Below the pieces are notes generated by a model. The model did not search any database, was not told the DNA's origin, and worked only from the letters and a program-made list of their open reading frames with translations. A program made the position numbers and the translations under genes. Below, piece by piece: positions 29,138 through 40,967 of a DNA stretch of 64,000 nt (position 1 is the stretch's first letter; every line of letters begins with the position of its first letter). Source of the DNA: an uncultured Gammaproteobacteria bacterium (GTDB lineage Bacteria; Patescibacteriota; Patescibacteriia; UBA9570; XYC2-FULL-38-9); the NCBI GenBank assembly GCA_964492735.1, contig CAZBLE010000003.1, positions 6,279-70,278 of the forward strand, written 5' to 3'.

Positions 29138-29647
29138 TTACACAATTGATTGAACAGACTGAACACTGTTTTTTAAACGCTTGATCGCCTGACTCAACAT
29201 GCTACTGACTGTTTTTTGATCAATGTCGAGCATCTCCGCAATTTCCACATTTGAAAAATCGGATTGGTATCGCAGCAAAAGAACCTCGCGCTGACGGTCA
29301 GTCAGGCTCCCAAGATGCTGTTGCAGCATTTCCAGATTCATCGCCGTGTCGAGCGCAATGTCTGGCATCTCTGCTGTATCAGCGACATCATAATCCGCGA
29401 TATCGTCTGTTTGCTTTTGTGTGCGGTAGTGGTCGATGACTGTATTGCGCGCAATGGTGTACATCCATTTACGAAATGCCAGCTCGTCATTTTTTGGCGC
29501 AAGAGCGTCATAATGGCGAACGACTTTTTCAAAAATCGCAGATACCAAATCTTCGGTTGTTTCCATGTGACTCACACGCAAATACACAAAACGATAAATC
29601 GGTTTATGATACGTGTCGAATAGCGCGGCGATTTGTTCAAGCGTCAT
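29138..29647 (-). CDS. RNA polymerase ECF-type sigma-70 factor
   Basis: 169 aa. Sigma-70 region 2 (PIYRFVYLRV, IARNTVIDHYR) and region 4 HTH (DRQREVLLLRY...IAEMLDIDQKTVSS). Confidence 0.85.
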   Translation of the reverse strand: MTLEQIAALFDTYHKPIYRFVYLRVSHMETTEDLVSAIFEKVVRHYDALAPKNDELAFRKWMYTIARNTVIDHYRTQKQTDDIADYDVADTAEMPDIALDTAMNLEMLQQHLGSLTDRQREVLLLRYQSDFSNVEIAEMLDIDQKTVSSMLSQAIKRLKNSVQSVQSIV

Positions 29648-29799
29648 GCTGATAGATTAATTATGTGAAGCATACTCTGCAGAGTACAACGTGTCACGAT
29701 AAACATGACTACACAGACTACGACGACCGAGCAGCGAAAGTACGTATGACTATCAAAAAAGCCCCTATTTCAGGGCTTTTTTATGTGGTATTCGTATCT

Positions 29800-31395
29800 T
29801 TAGTCCTTGATAATCTCCTTGGCACGCTCTTTCCATGCCTTCTCAGAAAAAAACGTGTCTGGATTATCTGTTGTTGTTTTGAGCGCGTCGAATGTTGTGG
29901 TGTAGATTGTTGCTTGCTGTGTATTTGGATAATCATACCGCTCAATAATTGCCGTCAATAACTGAGTCTGACTATCAACACGCACTTCTGTTGTTCCAAT
30001 CATGTGCATCGATGGATTATCCGCATTCCACTCTTGGGTCACGCTATACACATATTCAGTTCCTTCAATGCGTGGCGTGACAGTATGGAGTTGCGCAAAC
30101 ACAGCAGATCCGCCAGCAATGTAATTGAAGAACGTCTCTCCTGAATTACTGGTAAAAATCTCTTTTCGTACTGCTAAGCGTCGTGCATTAAACTGCTCGA
30201 TATCTTCAGGTGTTTGAGTAAGCGGATGCACACTCTCAAATCGCCATTCATCAGAAAATTTCATTTGAAACACTTGAGATGCAGCAGAAAATAATTTTGA
30301 ATCATACTGCTTTTCTTGAACTGTTGTTGCTCCAAGAAGCGCTGTGTTGAGCTGCACAATTTGTAGTTGTACTTCAGAAAAAATACGTACCGGATTTTGT
30401 GTCGCCTCTGTTAACGTATCATGCGCATAACGCCCATCCAACATGAATGCAAATGATTGTTTATACCGACCATTCACTGGAACGTTCCACTCAGGATCTG
30501 CAATTCCTCCAGAGACATTTCCAAGTGGAGATAATGCAATTGGAGCAAAGGCAATATTATTTTGCGCATCAATAAACTCAGAAAGATATTTCACATAAGA
30601 CGGTTCAGCGATCAGAATGCCGAGATTGCTTGGGTCAATCGGCACTGCAGTTGTAAATGACATCTGCTCACTATCAAGGTCTGTATTATATGAAAAGTCT
30701 TGAATATCAAGTGGTGGTTGTTTTTCTGCGAAACCAACATAATCTGCAATACCACCTGAGTCACAGACATGCTCATTCGTAGCTAAATCTTCATTTGCAC
30801 TTTTTATTGATTGTGCATTGTGCATATCAACGCCGATGACACAATTTTCAATTGATTGCGCGTCAGCGTTCAAGTTTGTCATACGATACCTCTTTTCTTC
30901 TTGGACACTTGGTCCTGTTTTGCGCAGGTATCCAGTGAATGCGTGTTGTGCAATATAATATTCCTGATCCGTCCGCGCCGTAACTTCTTTTACTTCTGAC
31001 TGATTACCATTTGTATTCATGTCTTCACGAACCGTATGAAACACAACATGACGAATACCATCGGTAGTAGAAAAAGTGTGTTGAATTGATTCTGCAATAA
31101 GTTCTTGCGGAACAATGGATTCAATAATTGAATTCGTATTGTTCGTACGTGCTGCAAACTCACTGCGGAGCGCTGGGCTACCAACTGTAATCACACCAAT
31201 CGCAACAGCAGCCAAAGCAAATCCTGGCACTGCGAACCGAGAAACAAACCGACGTAGTCTCTGGCGCTGCGTAGTCGCCTCTTCTGTTGCAGACTCGAAC
31301 ATTCGAGCTTGGATAGCCGCTCTGTGAGCGTCGTGCTCTGGTACTGCTACACGCGCAAACATATCTTTTAATTGTTCTTCTGGTAAACGTTTCAT
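29800..31395 (-). CDS. membrane-anchored anti-sigma-factor-like protein, paralog of 27527..29131
   Basis: 531 aa. TM helix (FAVPGFALAAVAIGVITVG). Overlaps the upstream sigma gene by 4 nt. C-terminal conserved motif DNPDTFFSEKAWK. Confidence 0.6.
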   Translation of the reverse strand: MKRLPEEQLKDMFARVAVPEHDAHRAAIQARMFESATEEATTQRQRLRRFVSRFAVPGFALAAVAIGVITVGSPALRSEFAARTNNTNSIIESIVPQELIAESIQHTFSTTDGIRHVVFHTVREDMNTNGNQSEVKEVTARTDQEYYIAQHAFTGYLRKTGPSVQEEKRYRMTNLNADAQSIENCVIGVDMHNAQSIKSANEDLATNEHVCDSGGIADYVGFAEKQPPLDIQDFSYNTDLDSEQMSFTTAVPIDPSNLGILIAEPSYVKYLSEFIDAQNNIAFAPIALSPLGNVSGGIADPEWNVPVNGRYKQSFAFMLDGRYAHDTLTEATQNPVRIFSEVQLQIVQLNTALLGATTVQEKQYDSKLFSAASQVFQMKFSDEWRFESVHPLTQTPEDIEQFNARRLAVRKEIFTSNSGETFFNYIAGGSAVFAQLHTVTPRIEGTEYVYSVTQEWNADNPSMHMIGTTEVRVDSQTQLLTAIIERYDYPNTQQATIYTTTFDALKTTTDNPDTFFSEKAWKERAKEIIKD

Positions 31396-31901
31396 ATGGT
31401 TGTTGAAAAATGATTGCGAAGTTTATGAATAGCTTTTGAGATAGTTGATGCAACGGCCTTTTGGTCAATTCCCATTACAGAGGCAATTTCAGTATTTGTC
31501 AGATCTGCTTCAAGGCGTAATAACACACATTCTTTTTGACGATCTGGAAGCAGCGCGATGGCTTCGTGGACCTGTTCGAGTGAAAGCGTGTGGTCAACAA
31601 TTGCGTCTGGAAGTGGCTCTGTATCGATGATGGCAAGATCTTCAATTGGTGTATCGCTGTGCGGTCGATTGGCTTGCTTGCGATAATGATCAATGAGCGT
31701 GTTCCGCGCGATCGCGAAAATCCACGATTTTTCTGTCGCTCCAGGTTGCTGTTTGAAGCGCGGAAAATGTTTGATGACTTTTTCAAAAATATGTGAAACC
31801 AAGTCTTCAGCTGTCTGTTTGTGGCCCACGCGAAAATAGACGAAGCGGTAGACCGGCTCGTAATATGTTTGGAACAAGATCATTAATTCATGTTGAGACA
31901 T
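31392..31901 (-). CDS. RNA polymerase ECF-type sigma-70 factor (second copy)
   Basis: 169 aa, ~50 % identical to 29138..29647 (PVYRFVYFRV, IARNTLIDHYRKQ, DRQKECVLLRL...IASVMGIDQKAVAS). Confidence 0.85.
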   Translation of the reverse strand: MSQHELMILFQTYYEPVYRFVYFRVGHKQTAEDLVSHIFEKVIKHFPRFKQQPGATEKSWIFAIARNTLIDHYRKQANRPHSDTPIEDLAIIDTEPLPDAIVDHTLSLEQVHEAIALLPDRQKECVLLRLEADLTNTEIASVMGIDQKAVASTISKAIHKLRNHFSTTI

Positions 31902-32142
31902 AGGATATGTGTGCAGCGCACATGACTGATAACGACAAGTTGCGCAGAATACGTCAAAGGGAGTTTATGAGAGGCGTTATCCGTTACAAAATACATTTTT
32001 TTTGAGTGATTGTAATAACCAAAATGTGCCGCGTGATGCATTCCTTGGGAGAATATGCAAAACGCGACACCGAAGGCGGCCTCAAACAGCTGAACGATGT
32101 GATGTCGTTGTGACATCGCTCAGGTGTGAGGCAAAGGCCTTC

Positions 32143-33129
32143 TTAGAGCGGGGTCAATGCCGCGGGCACGGACCAGGGCCCGTTGCGGGTCGCCTGGGTG
32201 CTACCCCACAGGGTGGGGAGACCGGAGGCCGGGTCCACGTGGAACCCAATGGCCCACGGGGTGGTCGTGTAGTCGTACTCGAGGACGTCACCGGAACCCC
32301 CGGGCTCCCAGCAGTATGGCGTGTAGTGCCGGGTATGCTGGAAGTCTCCCAGATCGTAGACATCGACCCAGCAGATCTGGGCGCCTGCCGCCCCGGACTG
32401 GAGTGAAATGTCAGGAACTCCCCACGGGCGGCGGATCTCAAGACCCGTGCTGCGGTCGTAGGTGTAGCTGTGGGGGTACGGCGCCGTCACCATGACCGTG
32501 ACGGAAAAGTCAGTCATCACAACACGCGCCGCCGGGCTTGATGCGCCGGTGACGGGGTTGAACGTGACCGGACCAGGGCCCGTTCCGGGCTCATGGCAGT
32601 CGATCGTGATGTTTCCCGGCGCACCAGGCTGCTTAGCTGCGATGCAGAGCTCGTCGCCCATCGCGTCTGCCGCGTAGGTGACGCCAGGGGCGTTGGCTTC
32701 GATCGCCCAGCCGGAGCCCGGGCCGGTTCCAGGGATCCAGGTCCGCACGACGCCGCGCCCGGTCTCGAGCGCGGTAATGAAGCCGCCCCCGAGCGCAAAG
32801 GACTCAAGCGTGACGCCAACCGGCGCCGAGATCGTAGACCAGGTTCCATTGCTGGCGCGGCAGCGGATGGCGAGGCCATCCGTCTGCAGGCCGCAGAGGA
32901 AGTTACCCTCCACAGAGACCTCGTTCAGGGTAGGCGCCCCTGCGGGCACCGTCCAAGCCGGGGTCGCCGAGGTGGACAACAGGGGCTGCACCGCAGGCCC
33001 AGTCTGCAGCACCCAGGTGCCGGACAGGGGCTCGAAGATCGCCGGAGACTCCGCCCTCGCGGGTGAACCTCCGAACAGCAGAGCCGCGGCGAAAAACGCC
33101 GCAGCCACCAAAACCGAGATGTGCTTCAT
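32143..33129 (-). CDS. GC-rich secreted Gly/Pro/Thr-rich protein, hypothetical (foreign gene)
   Basis: 328 aa and ~66 % GC. Signal peptide MKHISVLVAAAFFAAALLFGGSPARA. No recognised domain. Confidence 0.6.
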   Translation of the reverse strand: MKHISVLVAAAFFAAALLFGGSPARAESPAIFEPLSGTWVLQTGPAVQPLLSTSATPAWTVPAGAPTLNEVSVEGNFLCGLQTDGLAIRCRASNGTWSTISAPVGVTLESFALGGGFITALETGRGVVRTWIPGTGPGSGWAIEANAPGVTYAADAMGDELCIAAKQPGAPGNITIDCHEPGTGPGPVTFNPVTGASSPAARVVMTDFSVTVMVTAPYPHSYTYDRSTGLEIRRPWGVPDISLQSGAAGAQICWVDVYDLGDFQHTRHYTPYCWEPGGSGDVLEYDYTTTPWAIGFHVDPASGLPTLWGSTQATRNGPWSVPAALTPL

Positions 33130-33365
33130 CTTGACCTCAATGTCTTTTATTTAGGCTGGCAGACTCACCAGTAAGACTTTTTTCAAAACGTATCAATGAA
33201 CAAAAAAGCACCACAATGGTGCATAAAACGGACAAAAATGTAGCTCAAAATAGGTAAAATGTCAAGCAATGGCGCATTATCCTTATAATAGAAAAAATGG
33301 ACGAATCCTGCATAGGCATTGTCAGTCACCGTTAGTCGCAGATTAGGCTGTACTTGCCCTTTACG

Positions 33366-33415
33366 ACCCGAAGCTGCGGGGTAGCTTCTCCACGTCTTTG
33401 CGATAAAGCACGTGG
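33366..33415. other. pair of adjacent GC-rich stem-loops in the 452-nt divergent intergenic region upstream of uvrA (possible structured RNA or regulatory element)
   Basis: GAAGCT-gcggggt-AGCTTC at 33370..33388 and CCACGTCTTT-gcgat-AAAGcACGTGG at 33390..33415. Confidence 0.25.
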
Positions 33416-33581
33416 CGTCCCGACACTGACACGCTATCATCAGAATTCGCCCGAGGCATACTGTCTACTGTATTTTATAAAAAAATGCAAGCCCCTGCGC
33501 TCCTGCCCATGGTTGACCAACCCCAAAAAAGCGAGTATTCTACAACACTACTTTCACTTATTACACATCTCATTTACACCC

Positions 33582-36431
33582 ATGGCAAAACCTACCCAGA
33601 ACGCACTTATCATCCGCGGCGCACGTGTCCACAATCTGAAAAATATCGACGTTGAAATTCCTCGTGACACCTTAACTGTCCTCACTGGCCTGTCTGGTTC
33701 TGGAAAATCATCCCTCGCTTTTGACACGATCTATGCAGAAGGACAACGCCGCTACGTTGAATCACTCTCTGCCTATGCGCGTCAATTCCTCGGCCTCATG
33801 GACAAACCAGATGTTGACCAAATTGATGGACTCTCCCCTGCGATTTCTATTGACCAAAAAACCGCGTCACACAATCCTCGTTCAACTGTCGGAACTGTCA
33901 CAGAAATTTATGATTACCTGCGCCTGCTCTATGCACGCATTGGTGTGCCTCATTGCCCAAACTGCGGAAAAGTTGTCAGCAAACAAACTGTGCAACAAAT
34001 GCTGAAACAAGTCCTCACTATTCCCCATGGCACAAAAATCTACATTCTCGGACCAATCGTTCGCGACAAAAAAGGTGAACATAAAGCCGTGTTCGAACAA
34101 GCGCGCAAATCTGGCTACGCTCGCCTGCGGATTGATGGCATTCTCTACACTGTCGATGAAGCACTTGACCTCAATCTCGACAAACAAAAAAAACACAACA
34201 TCGATATTGTGATTGATCGTTTAGTTATTGAAGCCGGCATTGATAAACAGCGCGTGTTAGAATCGATGGAAACAGCACTCAACCTCGGTGATGGCTTGAT
34301 GATGATTCACAATGTGACAACAGAAGAAGATATTATTTTTTCTGAACAATTTGCCTGTCATGATTGTGGTATTTCCCTTCAAGAAATTGAACCACGCAAT
34401 TTTTCGTTTAACTCACCGCATGGTGCCTGTGAACGTTGCACGGGCCTTGGCACAAAACTCGAAGTCGATGTTGATCTGATTATTCCCAACAAACGCCTGA
34501 GCATTGCAGAAGGAGCCATTCGTCCATGGAATCGAACCACCGGCTCACAAACCTGGATGATGCGTATTCTTGAAGCAGTTGCACGCAAGCACGGTTTTTC
34601 AACTCTCACGCCTGTGAAAGACCTCACAAAAAAACAACTGGAGATTGTACTGTATGGTAGCGGGGCTGAAAGCTACGACGTCAATGCAGGTGAAGGCTCT
34701 GGGAAAGTGCGGGAATTTTTAACGACCTATGAAGGTGTCATTCCAAATCTTGAACGTCGCTACAAAGAAACTGAATCCGACTACATGCGTTCAGACATTG
34801 AACGCTACATGCGTATTTTTAACTGTCCAGCCTGTGATGGTCGCCGGTTAAAACCAGAAGCGCTGAGTGTAACAGTTACAGGACTCAATATTGCAGAAGC
34901 AACAGCTCTGACTATTGAAGAAGGTGTTACATTTTTTAGCAATCTCGATCTCAATAAAAAAGAAGCTGAAATTGCCAAGCAGATTTTAAAAGAAGTCTGT
35001 GAGCGATTATCATTTTTGAATAATGTTGGCTTGTCGTATTTAACGCTCAATCGCGGTGCGTCGACACTCTCTGGTGGTGAAGCGCAGCGCATTCGCCTCG
35101 CAACCCAAATCGGTAGCTCATTGGTTGGCGTGCTCTATATTTTAGATGAACCGTCAATTGGACTTCATCAACGCGATAATGATCGCTTGATCACAACACT
35201 CAAAAAATTGCGAGACCTTGGCAATACAGTGATTGTCGTTGAGCATGATGAAGACACGATTCGCGCTGCTGATTATGTTGTCGACATTGGACCAGGAGCC
35301 GGAAAGCACGGTGGCACAGTTGTCGCTGCTGGAACACCTGAACAAGTAGCAAAAAATCCAAAGTCAATTACCGGCAAATACCTCTCAGGAAAAGAATCTA
35401 TTGCTGTTCCAAAAAAACGTCGTAAAGGCAATGGGAAAAAACTTTCAGTCATTGGCGCGACAGAAAATAACCTGCGAGAAGTTGATATGCACATTCCGCT
35501 TGGCACACTTACCTGCGTGACTGGTGTGTCTGGCTCTGGAAAATCAACGCTCGTGACTGATATTCTCGCAAACAGCTTGAACCAACATTATTACAATGCA
35601 AAGGAACTTCCGGGAAAACACAAAGAAATTCAAGGACTCGACCATCTCAATAAAGTGATTAATATCGACCAGTCCCCAATTGGCCGCACACCGCGCTCAA
35701 ATCCTGCAACCTACACAGGTGTGTTCACATTAATCCGCGATTTATTTGCAGAGCTCCCAGAAAGTAAAATGCGTGGCTATAAGGCCGGACGTTTTTCATT
35801 TAACGTCAAAGGTGGTCGCTGCGAAGCCTGTCAGGGCGATGGTGTGATCCGGATTGAAATGCATTTCTTGCCAGATGTGTATGTTGAATGTGATGAATGT
35901 CATGGAAAGCGTTACAACAAACAAGCGCTCGAAATTTTCTACAAGCAAAAAACGATTGCTGATGTGTTGCAGATGACCATTGAAGAAGCAGCGAATTTTT
36001 TTGCAAACATTCCTGCAATTCACAAAAAACTGGTGACACTGAATGAAGTCGGTTTGTCATACATTCAACTTGGGCAAAATGCCACAACATTATCTGGTGG
36101 TGAAGCCCAGCGTGTAAAACTTGCAACAGAACTGTCACGCCGTGCAACAGGAAAAACACTCTATATTCTTGATGAGCCAACAACTGGCTTGCACTTTGCG
36201 GATGTAAAACGGTTGCTTGCTGTCTTGCAAGAACTCGTTGATCGCGGCAATAGCGTCCTTGTTATTGAGCATAGTCTTGATGTGATTAAATGTGCTGACT
36301 GGATTATTGACCTTGGCCCTGAAGGTGGAAACAAAGGTGGTCAAATTATTGCAACCGGAACACCCGAAGATGTTGTAAAAGTGAAGAGTAGTTACACTGG
36401 TCAATATCTTGCACCGTTGCTGAAAAAATAA
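33582..36431 (+). CDS. uvrA: excinuclease ABC subunit A
   Basis: Two ABC ATPase modules ([18 protein letters not shown]; LSGGEAQR twice) and zinc-finger cysteines. Start placed at [10 protein letters not shown] (33582), downstream of TTGACC-17-TATTCT. The longest ORF starts at 33354. Confidence 0.95.
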   Translation: MAKPTQNALIIRGARVHNLKNIDVEIPRDTLTVLTGLSGSGKSSLAFDTIYAEGQRRYVESLSAYARQFLGLMDKPDVDQIDGLSPAISIDQKTASHNPRSTVGTVTEIYDYLRLLYARIGVPHCPNCGKVVSKQTVQQMLKQVLTIPHGTKIYILGPIVRDKKGEHKAVFEQARKSGYARLRIDGILYTVDEALDLNLDKQKKHNIDIVIDRLVIEAGIDKQRVLESMETALNLGDGLMMIHNVTTEEDIIFSEQFACHDCGISLQEIEPRNFSFNSPHGACERCTGLGTKLEVDVDLIIPNKRLSIAEGAIRPWNRTTGSQTWMMRILEAVARKHGFSTLTPVKDLTKKQLEIVLYGSGAESYDVNAGEGSGKVREFLTTYEGVIPNLERRYKETESDYMRSDIERYMRIFNCPACDGRRLKPEALSVTVTGLNIAEATALTIEEGVTFFSNLDLNKKEAEIAKQILKEVCERLSFLNNVGLSYLTLNRGASTLSGGEAQRIRLATQIGSSLVGVLYILDEPSIGLHQRDNDRLITTLKKLRDLGNTVIVVEHDEDTIRAADYVVDIGPGAGKHGGTVVAAGTPEQVAKNPKSITGKYLSGKESIAVPKKRRKGNGKKLSVIGATENNLREVDMHIPLGTLTCVTGVSGSGKSTLVTDILANSLNQHYYNAKELPGKHKEIQGLDHLNKVINIDQSPIGRTPRSNPATYTGVFTLIRDLFAELPESKMRGYKAGRFSFNVKGGRCEACQGDGVIRIEMHFLPDVYVECDECHGKRYNKQALEIFYKQKTIADVLQMTIEEAANFFANIPAIHKKLVTLNEVGLSYIQLGQNATTLSGGEAQRVKLATELSRRATGKTLYILDEPTTGLHFADVKRLLAVLQELVDRGNSVLVIEHSLDVIKCADWIIDLGPEGGNKGGQIIATGTPEDVVKVKSSYTGQYLAPLLKK

Positions 36432-36441
36432 TCACACCGTC

Positions 36442-37386
36442 ATGCCTTCTGCGCAACTGCCGATTCACACTTGGAACGACTCGCTCTATGCGACAGTTGT
36501 GTATTTGGATCTGTTTGATTTTGCCCCGACTCTACTCGATCTTCAAAAATGGCTTTTGCGACCACAACAATTTTCTGCCATGCCAAGCCTTTCTGAAATG
36601 GAAGCAATGCTCGCGACAGATTCACGGATTATCTGCACTGAAGGCGTGTATGTACTACGTGGTCGTGAATCGCTGATTGAAGTGCGAAAACAAAAATACA
36701 ACTACACTGACGCAAAGTGGCAACATGCGAAACCGTTTATTCGCTTGTTGTCCTTCATGCCATTTGTACGCGGAGTGTGGCTCTGTAATTCTATGGGCTG
36801 GAACAATGCACGGCGACTCAGTGATATTGACCTTGTGATTATCGCGGAGGATGGGCATGTCTGGACCGCACGATTTTTTACTGCCGCGTTGATGAAACTG
36901 CTGCGCCAACGCCCAAGAGAGCAACATCCTGCAAAAGCCCTCTGTTTATCAATGTATATTTCAAACGCACATCTCAATATTGAAGACTCGCGACTCTCCC
37001 AGACAAGCATTGGAGGTGATATCTATTTTGATTTTTGGTGCGCACAGCTTTATCCGGTCATTGATCGCGATGATCTATATCGCCGTTTTTGTACTGAAAA
37101 CCAATGGCTATCAAACACATTTGCGGACGTCGCTTGGACTGAACCAGTCCCACACCGACAACTACACTTGCAATCATGGCAAAAATCTCTACAGTATGTA
37201 TTTGAGCTCATTGCATCGCCATTTGAAAAAGCCTTAAAAAGCTGGCAATTTCGTATTATGCCGCTGGAATTACGAGAACTCGCGAATCAAGATACCCGTG
37301 TTCGGCTGAATGACTCTGTGCTAAAATTTCACACACATGATACACGTCAAGAAATACATCAACGCTTTGTGGAACGGCTCGGCTGA
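36442..37386 (+). CDS. nucleotidyltransferase-fold (Pol-beta superfamily) protein, hypothetical
   Basis: 314 aa. NSMGWNNARRLSDIDLVII fits the hG[GS]x9-13DhD nucleotidyltransferase signature. Confidence 0.5.
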   Translation: MPSAQLPIHTWNDSLYATVVYLDLFDFAPTLLDLQKWLLRPQQFSAMPSLSEMEAMLATDSRIICTEGVYVLRGRESLIEVRKQKYNYTDAKWQHAKPFIRLLSFMPFVRGVWLCNSMGWNNARRLSDIDLVIIAEDGHVWTARFFTAALMKLLRQRPREQHPAKALCLSMYISNAHLNIEDSRLSQTSIGGDIYFDFWCAQLYPVIDRDDLYRRFCTENQWLSNTFADVAWTEPVPHRQLHLQSWQKSLQYVFELIASPFEKALKSWQFRIMPLELRELANQDTRVRLNDSVLKFHTHDTRQEIHQRFVERLG

Positions 37387-38686
37387 GCTGTTGTTATTGC
37401 TCACGGTTTTCCTCCTCCCATTCCAGACCAGATGGATGTTTCATGGTGAACAGCGCAATGGGTATGGTTGGGAATTTGCCACTCGAAGTTTCTATATTGT
37501 AGATGGCCTGATTCTATTAGCGCTCTGTATTACCCTCCTCCAATGGTCGCCAGAAAAATCTACGCAGTTAAAAAAATATAGCGTATTGTTTTTCTCAGCC
37601 GGAACAGTCTTGCTTACCGGCTATCTCTCTTTTTTATTCGCAGACAATAAGCCAATGAGCGCGTGGTGGTTATGGAACCTCCTACTGTCCATGAGCTTTG
37701 CTGCCACGCTCATTCTTGCTCGTGTTTCTTGGAAACGCGTTGCCTGGAGTTTTGTTGCAGCAATGACACTGCAAGCAATTCTTGCTCTTGTGCAATGGAA
37801 GCTTCAAGCAGTTCTCGGAAATACGTGGCTTGGCATTGCGGAACAATTCCCAGAAAATCGCGGCGTACAAGTTGTCAGCACACTACCTTATGGTCGCGTC
37901 TTACGCCCCTATGGAGCATTGCCACATCCAAATATTCTCGCTGGCTATCTTGCTATTGGAATCTTCTTTGCCACCAATCTAATGAAGCGTGTCAGCACGA
38001 GCTCATTGAACAAACGCGAAACAACACTTGCACTCACTCTCCTTCTTGGGATAAGCCTCGTTCTTCAATCCAGTGCCTTGTGGATGACCATGTCACGCGC
38101 GGCGATGCTCGCACTTGGCGCAGTCCTACTCTGCATTATCTTGTGGCACGCGATTGAACGCAAGCGCCTCTCACAAACGTTTGTTATTGCACTTTGCAGC
38201 ATTGGACTCCCTTTCCTGATTTTGACTTACGCATTTCCATGGTATGCACTTCCACGTGCCGAAGGACTTGTTGCAAGAGAAACAGCACCTGCGCTTGAGC
38301 AACTATCCATTGAACAACGCCTTTCAAGTATGGACGCTATGTTTCATGCCATAAAACAAACACCGCTGTCAGGTGTTGGCATTGGCAACGCGACAGTCAC
38401 ACAAGCTGAGCCGGTTCATAATGTATTTCTCTTGATCTTTCATGAAACTGGTATTTTTGGATTACTGAGCGCAGCTCTTTTTGGCGTCAGCCTTCTGAGT
38501 GTTCTGTGGGCTCAATGGCACCAATCTACAGCAAATAGAATCATGGTATATACTGCAGGATTTACTCTTAGTTGCCTATGGATTATTGGGCTGTTTGACC
38601 ACTATCTCTGGTCACTCCACGCTGGCTCACTCCTGCTTTGGTTGTGTATTTCTAGTGGATTTTTAGGTGTTGACGATAACGCCTAA
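37337..38686 (+). CDS. O-antigen ligase/polymerase family (Wzy_C-like) polytopic membrane protein
   Basis: ~10 predicted TM helices. Conserved WMTMSRAAMLALG loop motif typical of WaaL/Wzy family. The 5' end overlaps the preceding ORF, so the true start may be the downstream ATG at about 37436. Confidence 0.6.
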   Translation: MIHVKKYINALWNGSAELLLLLTVFLLPFQTRWMFHGEQRNGYGWEFATRSFYIVDGLILLALCITLLQWSPEKSTQLKKYSVLFFSAGTVLLTGYLSFLFADNKPMSAWWLWNLLLSMSFAATLILARVSWKRVAWSFVAAMTLQAILALVQWKLQAVLGNTWLGIAEQFPENRGVQVVSTLPYGRVLRPYGALPHPNILAGYLAIGIFFATNLMKRVSTSSLNKRETTLALTLLLGISLVLQSSALWMTMSRAAMLALGAVLLCIILWHAIERKRLSQTFVIALCSIGLPFLILTYAFPWYALPRAEGLVARETAPALEQLSIEQRLSSMDAMFHAIKQTPLSGVGIGNATVTQAEPVHNVFLLIFHETGIFGLLSAALFGVSLLSVLWAQWHQSTANRIMVYTAGFTLSCLWIIGLFDHYLWSLHAGSLLLWLCISSGFLGVDDNA

Positions 38687-38762
38687 ATTGGATATTCTAC
38701 ATTAGCACTCGACGCAATAGAGTGCTAATTCACTAATAAATAATAAACGAATTTTTTATTCT

Positions 38763-39041
38763 ATGAGTATCCAACCTCTTGGAGACCGACTTCTCGTTGA
38801 AGTCAAACAAACCGAAACCACAACAGCCAGCGGCATTGTTCTCCCAGATTCAGCAAAAGAAAAAAAAGCTGAAGGGATAATTGTTGCGATTGGCAATGGT
38901 GAAAAAATCACCGCATTACAACTCTCTGTCGGTGATGTTGTGCTATTTGGCAAATACGCTGGCGACGAAATCGAAACTGAAGAAAAAGACAAAGAGCTGA
39001 AAATGCTCTCTGATAAAGAAGTACTCGCAGTAGTTAAATAA
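38763..39041 (+). CDS. groES: co-chaperonin GroES
   Basis: 92 aa. MSIQPLGDRLLVE...GIVLPDSAKEK...VGDVVLFGKYAG. Confidence 0.95.
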   Translation: MSIQPLGDRLLVEVKQTETTTASGIVLPDSAKEKKAEGIIVAIGNGEKITALQLSVGDVVLFGKYAGDEIETEEKDKELKMLSDKEVLAVVK

Positions 39042-40703
<1,662 letters not shown>

Positions 40704-40723
40704 TCCATTCACCTAGATAAAAA

Positions 40724-40751
40724 GACGGGGTTCAAGATCCCGTCTTTTTTT
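40724..40751 (+). terminator. rho-independent terminator of groESL
   Basis: GACGGGG-ttcaaga-TCCCGTC followed by TTTTTTT. Confidence 0.8.
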
Positions 40752-40774
40752 GTACCGTTTTAATAGACAAAGGG

Positions 40775-40891
40775 TCAGAACCATCCGAAGAAGGCCCCAA
40801 CCACGCACAGCGCCGTAGCGCTGAGGAGGGCGGCCATGATGGTCGCCCAAAAAATCGTCGCAACCCCGAGTGGGTTGATGTTTCCACTCAT
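40775..40891 (-). CDS. 38-aa hydrophobic small membrane peptide in a GC-rich micro-islet
   Basis: Perfect SD GGAGGTGAGT before the ATG. Translation MSGNINPLGVATIFWATIMAALLSATALCVVGAFFGWF. ~61 % GC with G/C-biased third positions. Not in the supplied ORF track, which has a >=60-aa cut-off. Confidence 0.35.
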   Translation of the reverse strand: MSGNINPLGVATIFWATIMAALLSATALCVVGAFFGWF

Positions 40892-40967
40892 ACTCACCTC
40901 CTGCATCGACCCTAACACAGGCAATTCTATGATACAATAGCGCTATTACAAACGACCTACAGAACAT

